Positions 17,621-27,718 of a stretch of 64,000 bases of DNA are shown here, piece by piece. The stretch is taken from NCBI GenBank assembly GCA_022969815.1, contig GCA_022969815.1_4535.1; one strand, written 5' to 3'. Both the position numbers and the translations under genes were made by a program. How positions within the stretch are numbered: the first letter of the stretch is position 1; every line of letters begins with the position of its first letter. The notes under the pieces are model-generated. The model was not told where the DNA came from, made no database searches, and was given only the letters and a program-made list of their open reading frames with translations. The DNA is from Escherichia coli (GTDB lineage Bacteria > Pseudomonadota > Gammaproteobacteria > Enterobacterales > Enterobacteriaceae).

Positions 17621-19867
17621 GTGATTCGATACGTTACTAAATCAAATGGCAAGACAGAAGAGTTTAATCCTGAAAAACTGCGTAAATGGTCTGAATTTGC
17701 AGCAGGGAAACTGAACTGGTCGGAAATTGAATTAGAAGCTGTGAAACGTTGTTACGATGGGGTGTCTACTCGTGATTTACATAAAGCTATGATCGCCGCA
17801 TGTATTGACAAAAAGACCCAAGCGTATAGCGACATGGCAGGTCGATTGCTTCTCGGTATGATTTACAAACAGGCTCACGGGGGATACCACAGTATCCCTT
17901 CCCTGTACACCTTCTACCAGGATATGGTGAAGCGTGGACATTGGGCTAAGATGGATTATACCGAAGAAGAAATCAAAGAGATTGGTAAGATTGTCAAACA
18001 CAACAAGAATCTAACCTACGGTTATTCCGTTCTTCGTCAGATGGCAGATAAATACCTGGTTCGTGATGCTGTGAATGATGTTGTTCATGAGTCACCGCAA
18101 TTCCTGTTTATTGGTGTGGCAATGCGTGTTATGGAGATCCAGCCTAAAGATCGTCGTATTGACGATATCAAAAAGCTGTACACATATGTAAGTGATCTTC
18201 AGATTAACTTACCATCTCCATATCTGACAACGTTACGTACTCCGATCAAGGGTAGCGCGTCTTGTTGTTTATTCCGTGCAGACGATACAGCAGAGTCTTT
18301 GGCTATTGCAAACTATCTGGCACACGAATACACGTTAAATAATGCAGGGATTGGTGTTAACCTCCAGACCCGTGCAACGGGACAGGGTGTTAAGAACAAC
18401 CGTATCATTCATGGTGGTCTTCTCCCTTACCTGAAGTGGATGGAAGATAGTGTAGGAGCTTCTAAACAAGCGAGTCGTGGTGGTAGTGCAACGGTTACGT
18501 TCACAATCTTGGAGCCAGATTTTGAAGATCTGATTCGACTGAAGAACCCAACCACTCCGATCGATAAGCGTGTTGATAAGCTGGATTATTCTGTTGTTGT
18601 AAACCGCTCCTTCCTTCGCCGTGCTGCTAAAGGTGAAGAGTGGATGCTTGTGAGTTGTGACGAAGCACCGGAACTTTACGAAGCACTGTACAAAAGTGAA
18701 GAAGAGTTCGATGCTGTCTACGATAAAGTTAGTCGCCGTCGCATCAAAAAGAAAATTGTTAAGGCTCGTGACCTGTTGACTGAAATCATTGTTCAACGTG
18801 CAGAGACTGGACGTATTTATATGTTCTTCGCTGACAACGTAAACAATCACACTCCTTTCCTGGATACCGTGTATCAGTCGAACTTATGTCAGGAGATCTT
18901 TTTACCTACTAAAGCGTTCCATAAAATGACGGATCTCTTTACTGGTGAAAACACAGAAGATCAAGAATTGGCTTTATGCTTCTTGTCCTCTATCGTTGCT
19001 GGGCGAGTTACGCCGGAGCAATACGAAGATGTTGCGTACTACACTGTATTGACGATTGATAACGTTATTGAGACGATGGAATACCCATTCAAACATAACG
19101 AGATCACAGCTAAGGCTCGCCGCTCTATTGGCGTAGGTATTACAAACCTTGCACATTATCTGGCAAGCAACTTTGTAACCTATTCTGATCCTTATGCGAA
19201 GAAGCTGATGCATGAATTAGCAGAACGTCATTACTTCTGGTTGGCACAAGCCTCTCTGCGCTTGGCGAAAGAGAAAGGTAATGCCGAGTGGATGGATAAA
19301 ACTAAGTGGCCTCAAGGTTGGCTCCCTATTGACACCTACGCTAAAGCAGTAGATACTATTGGGGACTTTGAACTGAAGCTGGATTGGGAAGGCTTACGTG
19401 CTGGTATCATTGAACAAGGCGGTATCCGTAACAGTGTGCTTGCAGCAGTGGCCCCGAACGAATCAAGTAGCTTGGTGAGTAACACTACCAACTCACTCTA
19501 CCCTGTACGTGACACGATCATGTACAAACAGAGTCAGAAAGGTAACGTACTGTTTATCGTACCGGATTACGAAAAACTGAAAATGTTCTATCAGTCGGCG
19601 TGGGATACCCCGTCTAAAGATATTGCCGAGATGTACGGACTCTTCACTAAGTTTACGGATCAGGGTATCTCCTGTGATGCTTGGTTGGATTATTCCAAAA
19701 TGGAAGGTGGACGTTTATCAGTGAAAGCCGAGATGCAGTTTATCTTGACATTTGCAAAACTTGGTGGTAAATCTCTTTACTACCTGAACAGCCGAACCAA
19801 ATCAGCGGAATCTATGGCCCAAGAAGACAACCTGAAAGAGTCTGGATGTGAGGGTTGCAGCATGTGA
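17621..19867 (+). CDS. nrdA: ribonucleoside-diphosphate reductase alpha subunit (class Ia), GTG start
   Basis: 748 aa; N-terminal ATP-cone-like VTKSNGKTEEFNPEKL; length and downstream nrdB; AGGGAGGAG SD. Confidence 0.85.
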   Translation: MIRYVTKSNGKTEEFNPEKLRKWSEFAAGKLNWSEIELEAVKRCYDGVSTRDLHKAMIAACIDKKTQAYSDMAGRLLLGMIYKQAHGGYHSIPSLYTFYQDMVKRGHWAKMDYTEEEIKEIGKIVKHNKNLTYGYSVLRQMADKYLVRDAVNDVVHESPQFLFIGVAMRVMEIQPKDRRIDDIKKLYTYVSDLQINLPSPYLTTLRTPIKGSASCCLFRADDTAESLAIANYLAHEYTLNNAGIGVNLQTRATGQGVKNNRIIHGGLLPYLKWMEDSVGASKQASRGGSATVTFTILEPDFEDLIRLKNPTTPIDKRVDKLDYSVVVNRSFLRRAAKGEEWMLVSCDEAPELYEALYKSEEEFDAVYDKVSRRRIKKKIVKARDLLTEIIVQRAETGRIYMFFADNVNNHTPFLDTVYQSNLCQEIFLPTKAFHKMTDLFTGENTEDQELALCFLSSIVAGRVTPEQYEDVAYYTVLTIDNVIETMEYPFKHNEITAKARRSIGVGITNLAHYLASNFVTYSDPYAKKLMHELAERHYFWLAQASLRLAKEKGNAEWMDKTKWPQGWLPIDTYAKAVDTIGDFELKLDWEGLRAGIIEQGGIRNSVLAAVAPNESSSLVSNTTNSLYPVRDTIMYKQSQKGNVLFIVPDYEKLKMFYQSAWDTPSKDIAEMYGLFTKFTDQGISCDAWLDYSKMEGGRLSVKAEMQFILTFAKLGGKSLYYLNSRTKSAESMAQEDNLKESGCEGCSM

Positions 19868-19871
19868 TAAC

Positions 19872-19892
19872 AGGGGCTTCGGCCCCTTTTTA
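19872..19892 (+). terminator. intrinsic terminator
   Basis: AGGGGC-ttcg-GCCCCT hairpin plus TTTTTATT. Confidence 0.75.
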
Positions 19893-19905
19893 TTGAGGAG
19901 AGATT

Positions 19906-20244
19906 ATGAGCACACTTATAGTTTTACCTGGAGTAACCCCAATCTACCGACCTGGGTTTAAGCCTCTGTTGATTCGCCCTGAAGATTTTACCCCTACTTG
20001 GTGTCACCATTATCTTGGTGGGCTTGAAATAGCTAACATGCAGATTTGGGAATCTTTTTATCCAGAAGCCACGGCTTACGCAATAACAAGGGCAAGAAGT
20101 GAAGAAACAGTGACTGTTATACTTGGTAGAAGCGTATGGGAAGCACTGGAAGCTTTCTACCGGAGCAATGATTTTGAGGAAGAAGATATTTTAAGCTTAA
20201 GAGGTTTTTGTGAAATAGTGGAGGATTTAAATGGCAGCAATTAA
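19906..20244 (+). CDS. hypothetical protein (112 aa)
   Basis: ORF between nrdA and nrdB with GAGGAGAG SD. Confidence 0.5.
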   Translation: MSTLIVLPGVTPIYRPGFKPLLIRPEDFTPTWCHHYLGGLEIANMQIWESFYPEATAYAITRARSEETVTVILGRSVWEALEAFYRSNDFEEEDILSLRGFCEIVEDLNGSN

Positions 20245-21316
20245 TTTACATAACGAGACTTACAAAACAGGTAAATATCCAGTTTTCATGGGGGAACAGT
20301 TGGGGATTTTTGATTCTATCAACGTGACTTACCCTGAAATGCACCGTCTGTATAAACTCCAGAAAGCCCAAGATTGGGATGAGAATGAAGTGGATCTTAG
20401 TCAGACCCGTAAAGACTTTGTAGCGTGTTCAAAAAACAACTACGATGTTATGATCAAGAACTTGTCGTTCCAGTGGGAGAATGATTCCCTGGCAAAATCA
20501 ATCATCACTTTGTTCTCTCCGTTTTTGAGCAACAATGAAGCTTGCGCTATGATGATGAAGCAGAGTGAAATGGAAGTGCTTCATGCTCTAACTTACTCGG
20601 AGATCGTTCGCCAGTGTACTCCAAACCCTGTAGAAGTTATTGATCAGATTATGGAGAACGATAAGATCTTCAACCGTATGGGTATCATTGCAGAGATCAT
20701 GGGAGATTTGGAAGAAGCAGGTCACAAATATGCACTTGGTCTGATTGAAGCTGATGATAAACTACGTTTGCTGGTCATGAAAGGTCTGGTAGCCCTGATT
20801 GGTCTGGAAGGTATCCAGTTTATCTCTTCTTTCTCGGCAACGTTCGCCTTGGCAGAACAGCAACTGTTTGTAGGTGCTTGTAAACTGATTCAGAAAATCA
20901 TGTTGGATGAAATCCTGCATGTTAAAATGGACTATGCTGTCATTGATGCTCTGATGCAAGATCCTGTGTGGAAAAAGATCTACGAAGATAACATCGAAGA
21001 ACTTACGACTATTCTGGATACAGTTATCGCTCAAGAAGAGCAGTGGTGTGATTATCTGTTTAGTGAAGGACGTTTTATCGTTGGACTGAATGCTGAACTA
21101 TCCCGTCAATGGGTGTACTTCAATGCGGCTCCAATTTATCGTCGTCTGAAGATGAAGCACAGCTTTAAATCTCCTAAACAGAACCCACTACCTTGGATGG
21201 ACATTTGGTTAAACCCAGATCAGATTCAAGCAGCGGCGCAAGAGATCCAAGTTACAGCTTATAAACTGAACTCGGCTAACAAAGATGTTTCTGATGATAT
21301 GGAGTTTGACTTCTAA
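20231..21316 (+). CDS. nrdB: ribonucleoside-diphosphate reductase beta subunit
   Basis: 361 aa, di-iron ferritin-like E...H helices, adjacent to nrdA. Confidence 0.8.
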   Translation: MAAINLHNETYKTGKYPVFMGEQLGIFDSINVTYPEMHRLYKLQKAQDWDENEVDLSQTRKDFVACSKNNYDVMIKNLSFQWENDSLAKSIITLFSPFLSNNEACAMMMKQSEMEVLHALTYSEIVRQCTPNPVEVIDQIMENDKIFNRMGIIAEIMGDLEEAGHKYALGLIEADDKLRLLVMKGLVALIGLEGIQFISSFSATFALAEQQLFVGACKLIQKIMLDEILHVKMDYAVIDALMQDPVWKKIYEDNIEELTTILDTVIAQEEQWCDYLFSEGRFIVGLNAELSRQWVYFNAAPIYRRLKMKHSFKSPKQNPLPWMDIWLNPDQIQAAAQEIQVTAYKLNSANKDVSDDMEFDF

Positions 21317-21534
21317 TGAAACTTAAATGTGTAGGATTGATCGACACATTCAAAGACGTATTTGACAAAGGGGCTTCCTATGAAGCCTCGGAGTTAAAGA
21401 ACGGTTTTTGTGATGTGCATGGTAAACGTCTTAAGAAAAACGGAGAACCCTGGCTTGGTGTTATGTCTTGTGGTCATATTGTGGTTAACGGTGTTGCAAA
21501 GTTTGAAATCGTAAAGGAGGAAGATAATGAGTGA
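21316..21534 (+). CDS. hypothetical protein (72 aa)
   Basis: ORF abutting nrdB stop. Confidence 0.45.
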   Translation: MKLKCVGLIDTFKDVFDKGASYEASELKNGFCDVHGKRLKKNGEPWLGVMSCGHIVVNGVAKFEIVKEEDNE

Positions 21535-21670
21535 GTTTCGTTTTTGCCCTATTTGTGGTGGTACAGGTAATGCCTTAATTAGTGCGGAGCAGTACAGCCC
21601 GTGTTGGCATTGTTCTGGTAGTGGTTTGGTAGTTGAAGAAAACAAAGAGGAGGAAAAAGATGGGGATTGA
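21527..21670 (+). CDS. possible small zinc-ribbon protein (47 aa), not in ORF track
   Basis: CPICGG ... CWHCSG; AAAGGAGG SD; ATGA overlap with upstream stop. Confidence 0.4.
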   Translation: MSEFRFCPICGGTGNALISAEQYSPCWHCSGSGLVVEENKEEEKDGD

Positions 21671-21986
21671 TATCGAGTGGAAGATGGTGCAAGGCGCACC
21701 ATATAAGAAATGGGAAGAAGTGTTTAAAGGCGATCCGCAGATTGAAGATCAATTCGATGGGGATTTCAACTGGTTTCTTTACGAAGGTATTGGACTGGTA
21801 AGCGTATCCCCGTGGTTTGATGCAGATCCTGAAGATTGTGTTTTTGGTATTGAACTTGCGTCAGGATGCAGCGCACGGGCAATAGACCTCACAAGTTTGG
21901 ATAAAAAAGCCAATGAGATCTATTTTGAACTGCTTAATAAGTATAACATTGAAACTGAAACGTTAGTATCACAAAACGTCTGGTAA
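21660..21986 (+). CDS. hypothetical protein
   Basis: internal ATG with GAGGAGGA SD (ORF track 21633..21986). Confidence 0.5.
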   Translation: MGIDIEWKMVQGAPYKKWEEVFKGDPQIEDQFDGDFNWFLYEGIGLVSVSPWFDADPEDCVFGIELASGCSARAIDLTSLDKKANEIYFELLNKYNIETETLVSQNVW

Positions 21987-21995
21987 GGAGATTAA

Positions 21996-22193
21996 ATGAA
22001 AGACCAAATGATTAATGGACCTCGTGTAACAGTCAGTCCTAAAACTTTTGCATCTCTTCTGGACGACACTGGTGAGGTTTATACTTACACAAGAGATTCA
22101 CTGCCTCTGCCTGAAAGTGCACAGGGTTCACGTTCGCTTTTTTATAAAGGTGTTCTTTTTACGGAAGCAAAAGAAGACAAGGAGACTAAATGA
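21996..22193 (+). CDS. hypothetical protein (65 aa)
   Basis: ORF with AAGGAGA SD. Confidence 0.45.
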   Translation: MKDQMINGPRVTVSPKTFASLLDDTGEVYTYTRDSLPLPESAQGSRSLFYKGVLFTEAKEDKETK

Positions 22194-23182
22194 GATACCT
22201 GGTAACAGGTGGTCTTGGTTTCATTGGGAGCGCCGTAGTGCGCTCTCTTTGTCAAGATCCTAATAACGAAGTTTTTGTTATTGATAAAATGGGCTACGCA
22301 GCCGATATTGAAAATGTAGGGGATATCACTCACGCCAAACTAAGTATGACAGATTTGGCAAACGAAGCACAGGTCAAAAGTTTAGTGGTAGAATGCAACC
22401 CTGATTTCATCATTCATTTAGCGGCAGAGAGTCATGTGGACAACTCTATCAAGAATCCACGAGCTTTCATCGACTCCAATATCATCGGTACATATAATCT
22501 GTTAGAAGCTGCAAGGCTTCTTCCTAAGAACAAGCTGAAGATGTTTGTACACGTCTCTACAGACGAAGTGTACGGTGATATGGAGGACTCTGGTGCTCCA
22601 TTTACCGAAGAGACAGCTTATGCTCCTTCAAGCCCATACAGCGCGTCTAAGGCGGCATCTGATCACCTTGTCAAAGCTTGGCACCGTACTTACGATTTGC
22701 CTGTAGTGATAACCAACTGTTCCAATAACTTTGGGCCTTACCAACACCCTGAAAAATTGATTCCGAAAGTGATCACGAACATCTTGACAAGCAAAGAAAT
22801 TCCAGTGTACGGTAAAGGCGATCAAGTAAGAGATTGGCTTTTTGTTGAGGACCATGCGCGAGCTATTCTTCAAGTAGCTTCTGGCGGCGAACCTGGACAA
22901 ACTTACAACGTAGGCACACGTAATCCTAAAACCAATATGGAGATCATCTATATGATTTGTGATTACATGGATGCCGTACACCCGCAAAGTGGAACCTACC
23001 CGTCTTCGAGTTTAATAACTTTTGTTGAAGATCGTAAAGGACATGACTTGCATTATGAAATCAACCCTGCTAAGATTGAATCTGAACTGGGTTGGAGTGC
23101 AAACTCCACATTTGAACAAGACCTTTACTCTACGATAGAGTGGTATTTAAACAACCCTCAATGGTGGAGAGAAAAGATTTAA
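22190..23182 (+). CDS. rmlB: dTDP-glucose 4,6-dehydratase
   Basis: TGGLGFIGS Rossmann motif, YSASKAASD (YxxxK), [14 protein letters not shown] segment characteristic of RmlB. Confidence 0.8.
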   Translation: MRYLVTGGLGFIGSAVVRSLCQDPNNEVFVIDKMGYAADIENVGDITHAKLSMTDLANEAQVKSLVVECNPDFIIHLAAESHVDNSIKNPRAFIDSNIIGTYNLLEAARLLPKNKLKMFVHVSTDEVYGDMEDSGAPFTEETAYAPSSPYSASKAASDHLVKAWHRTYDLPVVITNCSNNFGPYQHPEKLIPKVITNILTSKEIPVYGKGDQVRDWLFVEDHARAILQVASGGEPGQTYNVGTRNPKTNMEIIYMICDYMDAVHPQSGTYPSSSLITFVEDRKGHDLHYEINPAKIESELGWSANSTFEQDLYSTIEWYLNNPQWWREKI

Positions 23183-23190
23183 GGAGGGTT

Positions 23191-24069
23191 ATGAAAGGTA
23201 TTATTTTGGCGGGAGGAAGTGGAACCCGCCTACACCCTGTAACACGCAGTGTGAGCAAGCAATTGCTCCCTGTGTATGACAAACCTATGATTTATTATCC
23301 TTTATCAGTCTTGATGTTGGCAGATATTAAGGATATCTTAATCATCACAACCCCAGGCGATCAGGAAGATTTTGAGTATCTTCTTGGAGATGGATCTATG
23401 TTTGGGATAAAAATCACTTACGCAATGCAGTCTGAACCACGAGGTCTTGCAGATGCTTTCATCATCGGTAAAGATTTTATTGAGGAAGATTCCGTTGCCC
23501 TTATTTTAGGGGATAACTTGTTCTTCGGACAAAGTTTCGGAAAACTTCTTATCCAAGCCAGCGAAATGGTGGATGTTTGGGGTGGAGCTTGTATCTTCGG
23601 GTATCTGGTGAAAGATCCTGAACGATTCGGTGTTGTTGAGTTCGGAAGTAATCGCCAAGCTATCTCTATTGAAGAGAAACCGGAACATCCTAAATCAGAC
23701 TATGCCGTCACGGGTTTGTATTTCTATGACAACTCTGTTGTTCAACGTGCATTGGAAGTAACTCCTTCTGATCGTGGAGAACTGGAGATCACAGATATCA
23801 ATCGCAGCTACCTCGAAGACAGAAAGTTACAAGTTGAAGTTCTTGGAAGAGGATTCACTTGGCTGGATACAGGGACACACGCCAGTCTAATGGAAGCAGG
23901 TCAATTCGTGCAGACTATTGAGAACTGCCAAGGATTGAAGATTGCGTGCCTGGAAGAGATTGCTTTCAAAAAAGGGTGGATTTCTTTAGAGACTTTGGTG
24001 TATCATGGCAACTCATTGAAGAAAACAGAGTACGGGCAATATCTGTTAAAATTAGCGGAGGGTAAATGA
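23191..24069 (+). CDS. rmlA: glucose-1-phosphate thymidylyltransferase
   Basis: [19 protein letters not shown]-terminus; AAGGAGGG SD; ORF track start 23140 is upstream. Confidence 0.85.
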   Translation: MKGIILAGGSGTRLHPVTRSVSKQLLPVYDKPMIYYPLSVLMLADIKDILIITTPGDQEDFEYLLGDGSMFGIKITYAMQSEPRGLADAFIIGKDFIEEDSVALILGDNLFFGQSFGKLLIQASEMVDVWGGACIFGYLVKDPERFGVVEFGSNRQAISIEEKPEHPKSDYAVTGLYFYDNSVVQRALEVTPSDRGELEITDINRSYLEDRKLQVEVLGRGFTWLDTGTHASLMEAGQFVQTIENCQGLKIACLEEIAFKKGWISLETLVYHGNSLKKTEYGQYLLKLAEGK

Positions 24070-24626
24070 AAATAAAAGAATTAAGTATTCCTGGTCTGGT
24101 TGTCTTTAAACCTCAAGTTTACAAAGATGATCGTGGTTCCTTCACGGAGACGTTTAACGAGAAGATTTACGAAGAGGTTATTGGCAAACAAACGTTTGTT
24201 CAGGATAACCATTCATTCTCTACTTTAGGTGTTCTTCGCGGAATGCACTTTCAAGTAAATAACCCGCAAGGTAAGCTTGTACGTTGCACACGAGGTGAAG
24301 TTTTTGACGTGGCTGTAGATCTTCGTGAAGGTAGTCCAACCTTCGGACAATGGGAAGGTGTGATTCTTAGTGGGTGTAACAATAAACAGTTGTGGATTCC
24401 ACCTGGCTTTGCACATGGTTTTGTTGTAACCTCTTATGAAGCCAACTTTGAATACAAGTGCACCAACTACTACGATCCGGCATCTGAACGTAGTTTGTTG
24501 TGGAACGATCCTACTGTGAATATTGATTGGGGTTTTGATATGATTTTCAATGATGAGAATTTTGTACCTATCATTTCGGAAAAGGATGCACAAGCTAAAA
24601 CACTGAAGGAGCTTATGGAATCATGA
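24066..24626 (+). CDS. rmlC: dTDP-4-dehydrorhamnose 3,5-epimerase
   Basis: 186 aa cupin-like; [11 protein letters not shown] and HFQ...Q..KLV motifs; position between rmlA and rmlD. Confidence 0.75.
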   Translation: MKIKELSIPGLVVFKPQVYKDDRGSFTETFNEKIYEEVIGKQTFVQDNHSFSTLGVLRGMHFQVNNPQGKLVRCTRGEVFDVAVDLREGSPTFGQWEGVILSGCNNKQLWIPPGFAHGFVVTSYEANFEYKCTNYYDPASERSLLWNDPTVNIDWGFDMIFNDENFVPIISEKDAQAKTLKELMES

Positions 24627-25465
24627 AAACATATTTAGTATTGGGTGGTAATGGTCAATTAGGTCAGGCACTGCGTAAAGTGGTGCCGGAGAATGTGACT
24701 TTGGTGTATCCAGAAAAGCGTGTAGATATCACCAGTTTTGAAGCTGTAAGAAAAGCGATCATGGACACCCCAAATATTAACGGTGTTATCAACTGTGCGG
24801 CATACACTGCGGTGGACAAAGCAGAGACAGATGTTGATGCAGCTATGGCTGTAAATTTACACGGGGCAGCTAATATTGCTGCCTTCTGTAAGGCTTGGGA
24901 TATTGACATGGTGCATATTTCTACTGACTATGTGTTCAACAGCGATAAACCGTTGTTCCATCAGGATGAACCCAACCCTATCAATGTTTACGGGTTATCT
25001 AAAAGTTTGGGTGAAGCTGCTGTTCGTGGTATCTACCATAAAGCTTTTATTATCCGCACGGCTTCTGTGTATAGCGAGTTTGGTAACAACTTCCTGAAGA
25101 CTATGGTATCTCGTTACAACGATGGTCAAAGAGACTTCTCGGTAGTTGCAGATCAAACATCTCGACCAACTTATGCCCCAGATTTGGCTAAGATGATTTT
25201 CCAAGTGTTGGAAACAGGATATAACACCCGTACTTTGCATTACGCTGGGAACATCACTGTTTCGTGGCACCAGTTCGCAAAAATGATATTGACACGTATG
25301 CCTGAATCTGTTATTATACACCCGACCTCTGCTGCAACCTATAATTCGGCAGCGATGCGACCAGCAAAGTCTATACTAATTACGTCTGGTTGGAACGAAC
25401 CTTCAAGCGTCAGACAAGGTATTGAAGAATCTTTAGCAGTATTACTTAATAAGGAGAGAGCATGA
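24623..25465 (+). CDS. rmlD: dTDP-4-dehydrorhamnose reductase
   Basis: LVLGGNGQLG Rossmann motif, YGLSKSLGE (YxxxK), 280 aa, last gene of rml set. Confidence 0.7.
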   Translation: MKTYLVLGGNGQLGQALRKVVPENVTLVYPEKRVDITSFEAVRKAIMDTPNINGVINCAAYTAVDKAETDVDAAMAVNLHGAANIAAFCKAWDIDMVHISTDYVFNSDKPLFHQDEPNPINVYGLSKSLGEAAVRGIYHKAFIIRTASVYSEFGNNFLKTMVSRYNDGQRDFSVVADQTSRPTYAPDLAKMIFQVLETGYNTRTLHYAGNITVSWHQFAKMILTRMPESVIIHPTSAATYNSAAMRPAKSILITSGWNEPSSVRQGIEESLAVLLNKERA

Positions 25466-25722
25466 ATTTTGTAATTTACGGCAAACCAAATTGCCAGTTC
25501 TGTGAAATGTCCAAACAACTCTTAACTATGCGTGAAAAAGAGTTTGAATATCTGACATTAGATCAGGATTATGATTTTGAAGTGATGACTCAAGCAGTGA
25601 TCGCAGCAACAGGAATTGCACCTCGCACCTTCCCGCAGATTTTTGTGGAAGAGCTTGGAGCAGTAACCCACGTAGGCGGTTTTACCGAACTGCGTGATTT
25701 CATGGCTCAAATTGCGGAGTAA
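25462..25722 (+). CDS. glutaredoxin-like thioredoxin (T4 NrdC-type)
   Basis: YGKPNCQFCEMSKQLL CxxC active site, about 86 aa. Confidence 0.65.
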   Translation: MNFVIYGKPNCQFCEMSKQLLTMREKEFEYLTLDQDYDFEVMTQAVIAATGIAPRTFPQIFVEELGAVTHVGGFTELRDFMAQIAE

Positions 25723-25727
25723 TATAA

Positions 25728-25877
25728 ATGAAAAGTAAACAGAAACGTAAGATCTTTTCTCGTGCTTTAGCAAACGAGCTTAAGTCCAACACAAAGAAGA
25801 CGAAACCGAAACGTGAGACTTCTCCTGAACATTTACTGTTTGACGAACTGGATCACGGAGTAGAGGACGACGAATAA
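25728..25877 (+). CDS. possible small basic protein (49 aa), not in ORF track
   Basis: ATG fills gap; lysine/arginine rich. Confidence 0.3.
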   Translation: MKSKQKRKIFSRALANELKSNTKKTKPKRETSPEHLLFDELDHGVEDDE

Positions 25878-25885
25878 AGGAAAAC

Positions 25886-26389
25886 ATGGCTAAAAAAGTA
25901 GTAGATGAGTTTGACATGTTGGCTGTTGATGAAGGACTGAAGCTGACTGTTTACCCAGACACCTTGGGATATTGGACAGTCGGCATTGGACACCTCTTAA
26001 CTAAAAAGAAAGATAAGGCGGAAGCTATTCGTATTCTGGATGCTCTTGTTGGTCGCAAGACTAACGGAGTTATCACAGAGAAAGAAGCCCGTGCTATCTT
26101 TGCTGACGATGTTGAAAAGGCGAAAAAACAGATTAAAAACAGTTCCATTCTTGCCCCAATTTATGATAAGGTGAGTGAAACCCGTAAACTGGCAATCATC
26201 AATATGGTGTTCCAGTTGGGGTTAACCGGAACGGAAGGCTTTAAAAATAGCTTGACTTTAATCAGTAATTCGTACTATACTCAAGCTGGTAAAAACATGA
26301 GAGCCAGTAAATGGTACTCTCAAACGCCAAACCGTGCAGAACGAGTAATCAAGGTTCTAACATCTGGGACTCTTGATTCTTACAACTAA
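25886..26389 (+). CDS. T4-type lysozyme (glycoside hydrolase family 24 endolysin)
   Basis: DEGLKLTVYPDTLGYWTVGIGHLLTKK and NGVITEKEA, MVFQLG, WYSQTPNRAERV closely follow T4 gene e lysozyme. Confidence 0.85.
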   Translation: MAKKVVDEFDMLAVDEGLKLTVYPDTLGYWTVGIGHLLTKKKDKAEAIRILDALVGRKTNGVITEKEARAIFADDVEKAKKQIKNSSILAPIYDKVSETRKLAIINMVFQLGLTGTEGFKNSLTLISNSYYTQAGKNMRASKWYSQTPNRAERVIKVLTSGTLDSYN

Positions 26390-26391
26390 CA

Positions 26392-26413
26392 AAGGGGCGC
26401 AAGCCCCTTCTAT
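26392..26413 (+). terminator. terminator-like hairpin
   Basis: AAGGGGC-gcaa-GCCCCTT followed by short T-containing tract. Confidence 0.5.
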
Positions 26414-26426
26414 AAGGAGTGCTACT

Positions 26427-27182
26427 ATGGGAAAAACAGCTACCGCTAAATCACCGCGCCAGAAGTTAGCTTCTAATGCGAAAGTAGAAAGTCGTTATGC
26501 TGCAAAAGCAGTTGGAAATGATGACTATCGTTTAGATGGGTTTTCACCAGAAGGAGATCAGCAACAAATCGTTCAAAGTATGATCTGGAATGATCTTACA
26601 GTCGTAAATGCTCCAGCAGGGACAGGCAAGACTTCCGTGACTTTATGGAAAGCTTTGCAGATGCTTCGAGCAGGAGATTTCCGTAAGCTTCTTTTTATTA
26701 AAAACCCGACTGAAGTTGGTGATGATCAGATTGGTTTCCTTTCAGGAGATAAAACTGATAAACTGGCGGCGCACTACGAATCAACCAAACGAATCTTCCA
26801 GCAGTTTATGACTGCAAACAAATTAGAGAATGATATTGGTTCCGGTAAGATTGAACTTAATATCCCGAACTACCTACTGGGTGCTACCCTGGACAACACT
26901 ATCGTGATCATTGATGAAGCACAGCTTATGTCTCCAGAAACATTAAAACTTCTGGTAGAGCGTGCAGGGATCAACACTCATGTTGTTGTTCTTGGAGATG
27001 TTCGTCAAACCTACGCTATCAAAAAGCGTGCAAACGGTTTGAAAGATCTTCTTGACAAAGTTGCCCCTGAAGGTGAAGATGGTGTTCGTGTCCCTCTGGT
27101 AGACTTTATCGGTTATGTGCAGTTAACCACAGATGACAACAAACGATCTCGTTTGTCTAAGTTCATCACGGAAATTTATTAA
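26427..27182 (+). CDS. phoH: PhoH-like ATPase
   Basis: Walker A NAPAGTGKTSVTL, Walker B IVIIDEAQ; AAGGAG SD. Confidence 0.75.
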   Translation: MGKTATAKSPRQKLASNAKVESRYAAKAVGNDDYRLDGFSPEGDQQQIVQSMIWNDLTVVNAPAGTGKTSVTLWKALQMLRAGDFRKLLFIKNPTEVGDDQIGFLSGDKTDKLAAHYESTKRIFQQFMTANKLENDIGSGKIELNIPNYLLGATLDNTIVIIDEAQLMSPETLKLLVERAGINTHVVVLGDVRQTYAIKKRANGLKDLLDKVAPEGEDGVRVPLVDFIGYVQLTTDDNKRSRLSKFITEIY

Positions 27183-27220
27183 TAACAAAAAGCAAGGATG
27201 CTTTATTAAAGGGAGGGTCG

Positions 27221-27718
27221 ATGGTACAGACAATTATAGATCGGACTGGTATTGATGAATGTTACCAAACTGGGCTTGTGAAGCCTAACGAGTTCCGACA
27301 GATTTGCGTGAATCATATTGAGAAAGAAATTGCACTAACTTTGGAGAACCTTACCCTCCGAGACAAGCTGTCAATGTTTGTGGCTTGGTGTAAAGGTGAA
27401 GATTGGTTATTGGCCCATTTTCAAGAACTTTCTGATAGTCAAGAAGGCTTATATGAATGTATAATAGGAATAGCTGGCTCCAATCCTGAACTTCTCCATT
27501 TGGAAGAAGAAGAGGCGAAGTTACTGTTCTTAAGCAACATGTTCAATCGTAAAGCATTGCTTGTTCGTGAGTGTAGTGATCTTTTAAATCATCCACTGGC
27601 GATCACAAACGAAATACTGGTTGACAAAGAGACATTACGTGCGATAGACTATCTGCGCAAGTATGTCAACGGCGGGAAAGCAGTTCTTAAAACATTAACA
27701 GAGGAGGAAGCAGAATGA
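27221..27718 (+). CDS. hypothetical protein (165 aa)
   Basis: ORF with AAGGGAGGG SD, coupled to downstream HslV-like gene. Confidence 0.5.
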   Translation: MVQTIIDRTGIDECYQTGLVKPNEFRQICVNHIEKEIALTLENLTLRDKLSMFVAWCKGEDWLLAHFQELSDSQEGLYECIIGIAGSNPELLHLEEEEAKLLFLSNMFNRKALLVRECSDLLNHPLAITNEILVDKETLRAIDYLRKYVNGGKAVLKTLTEEEAE

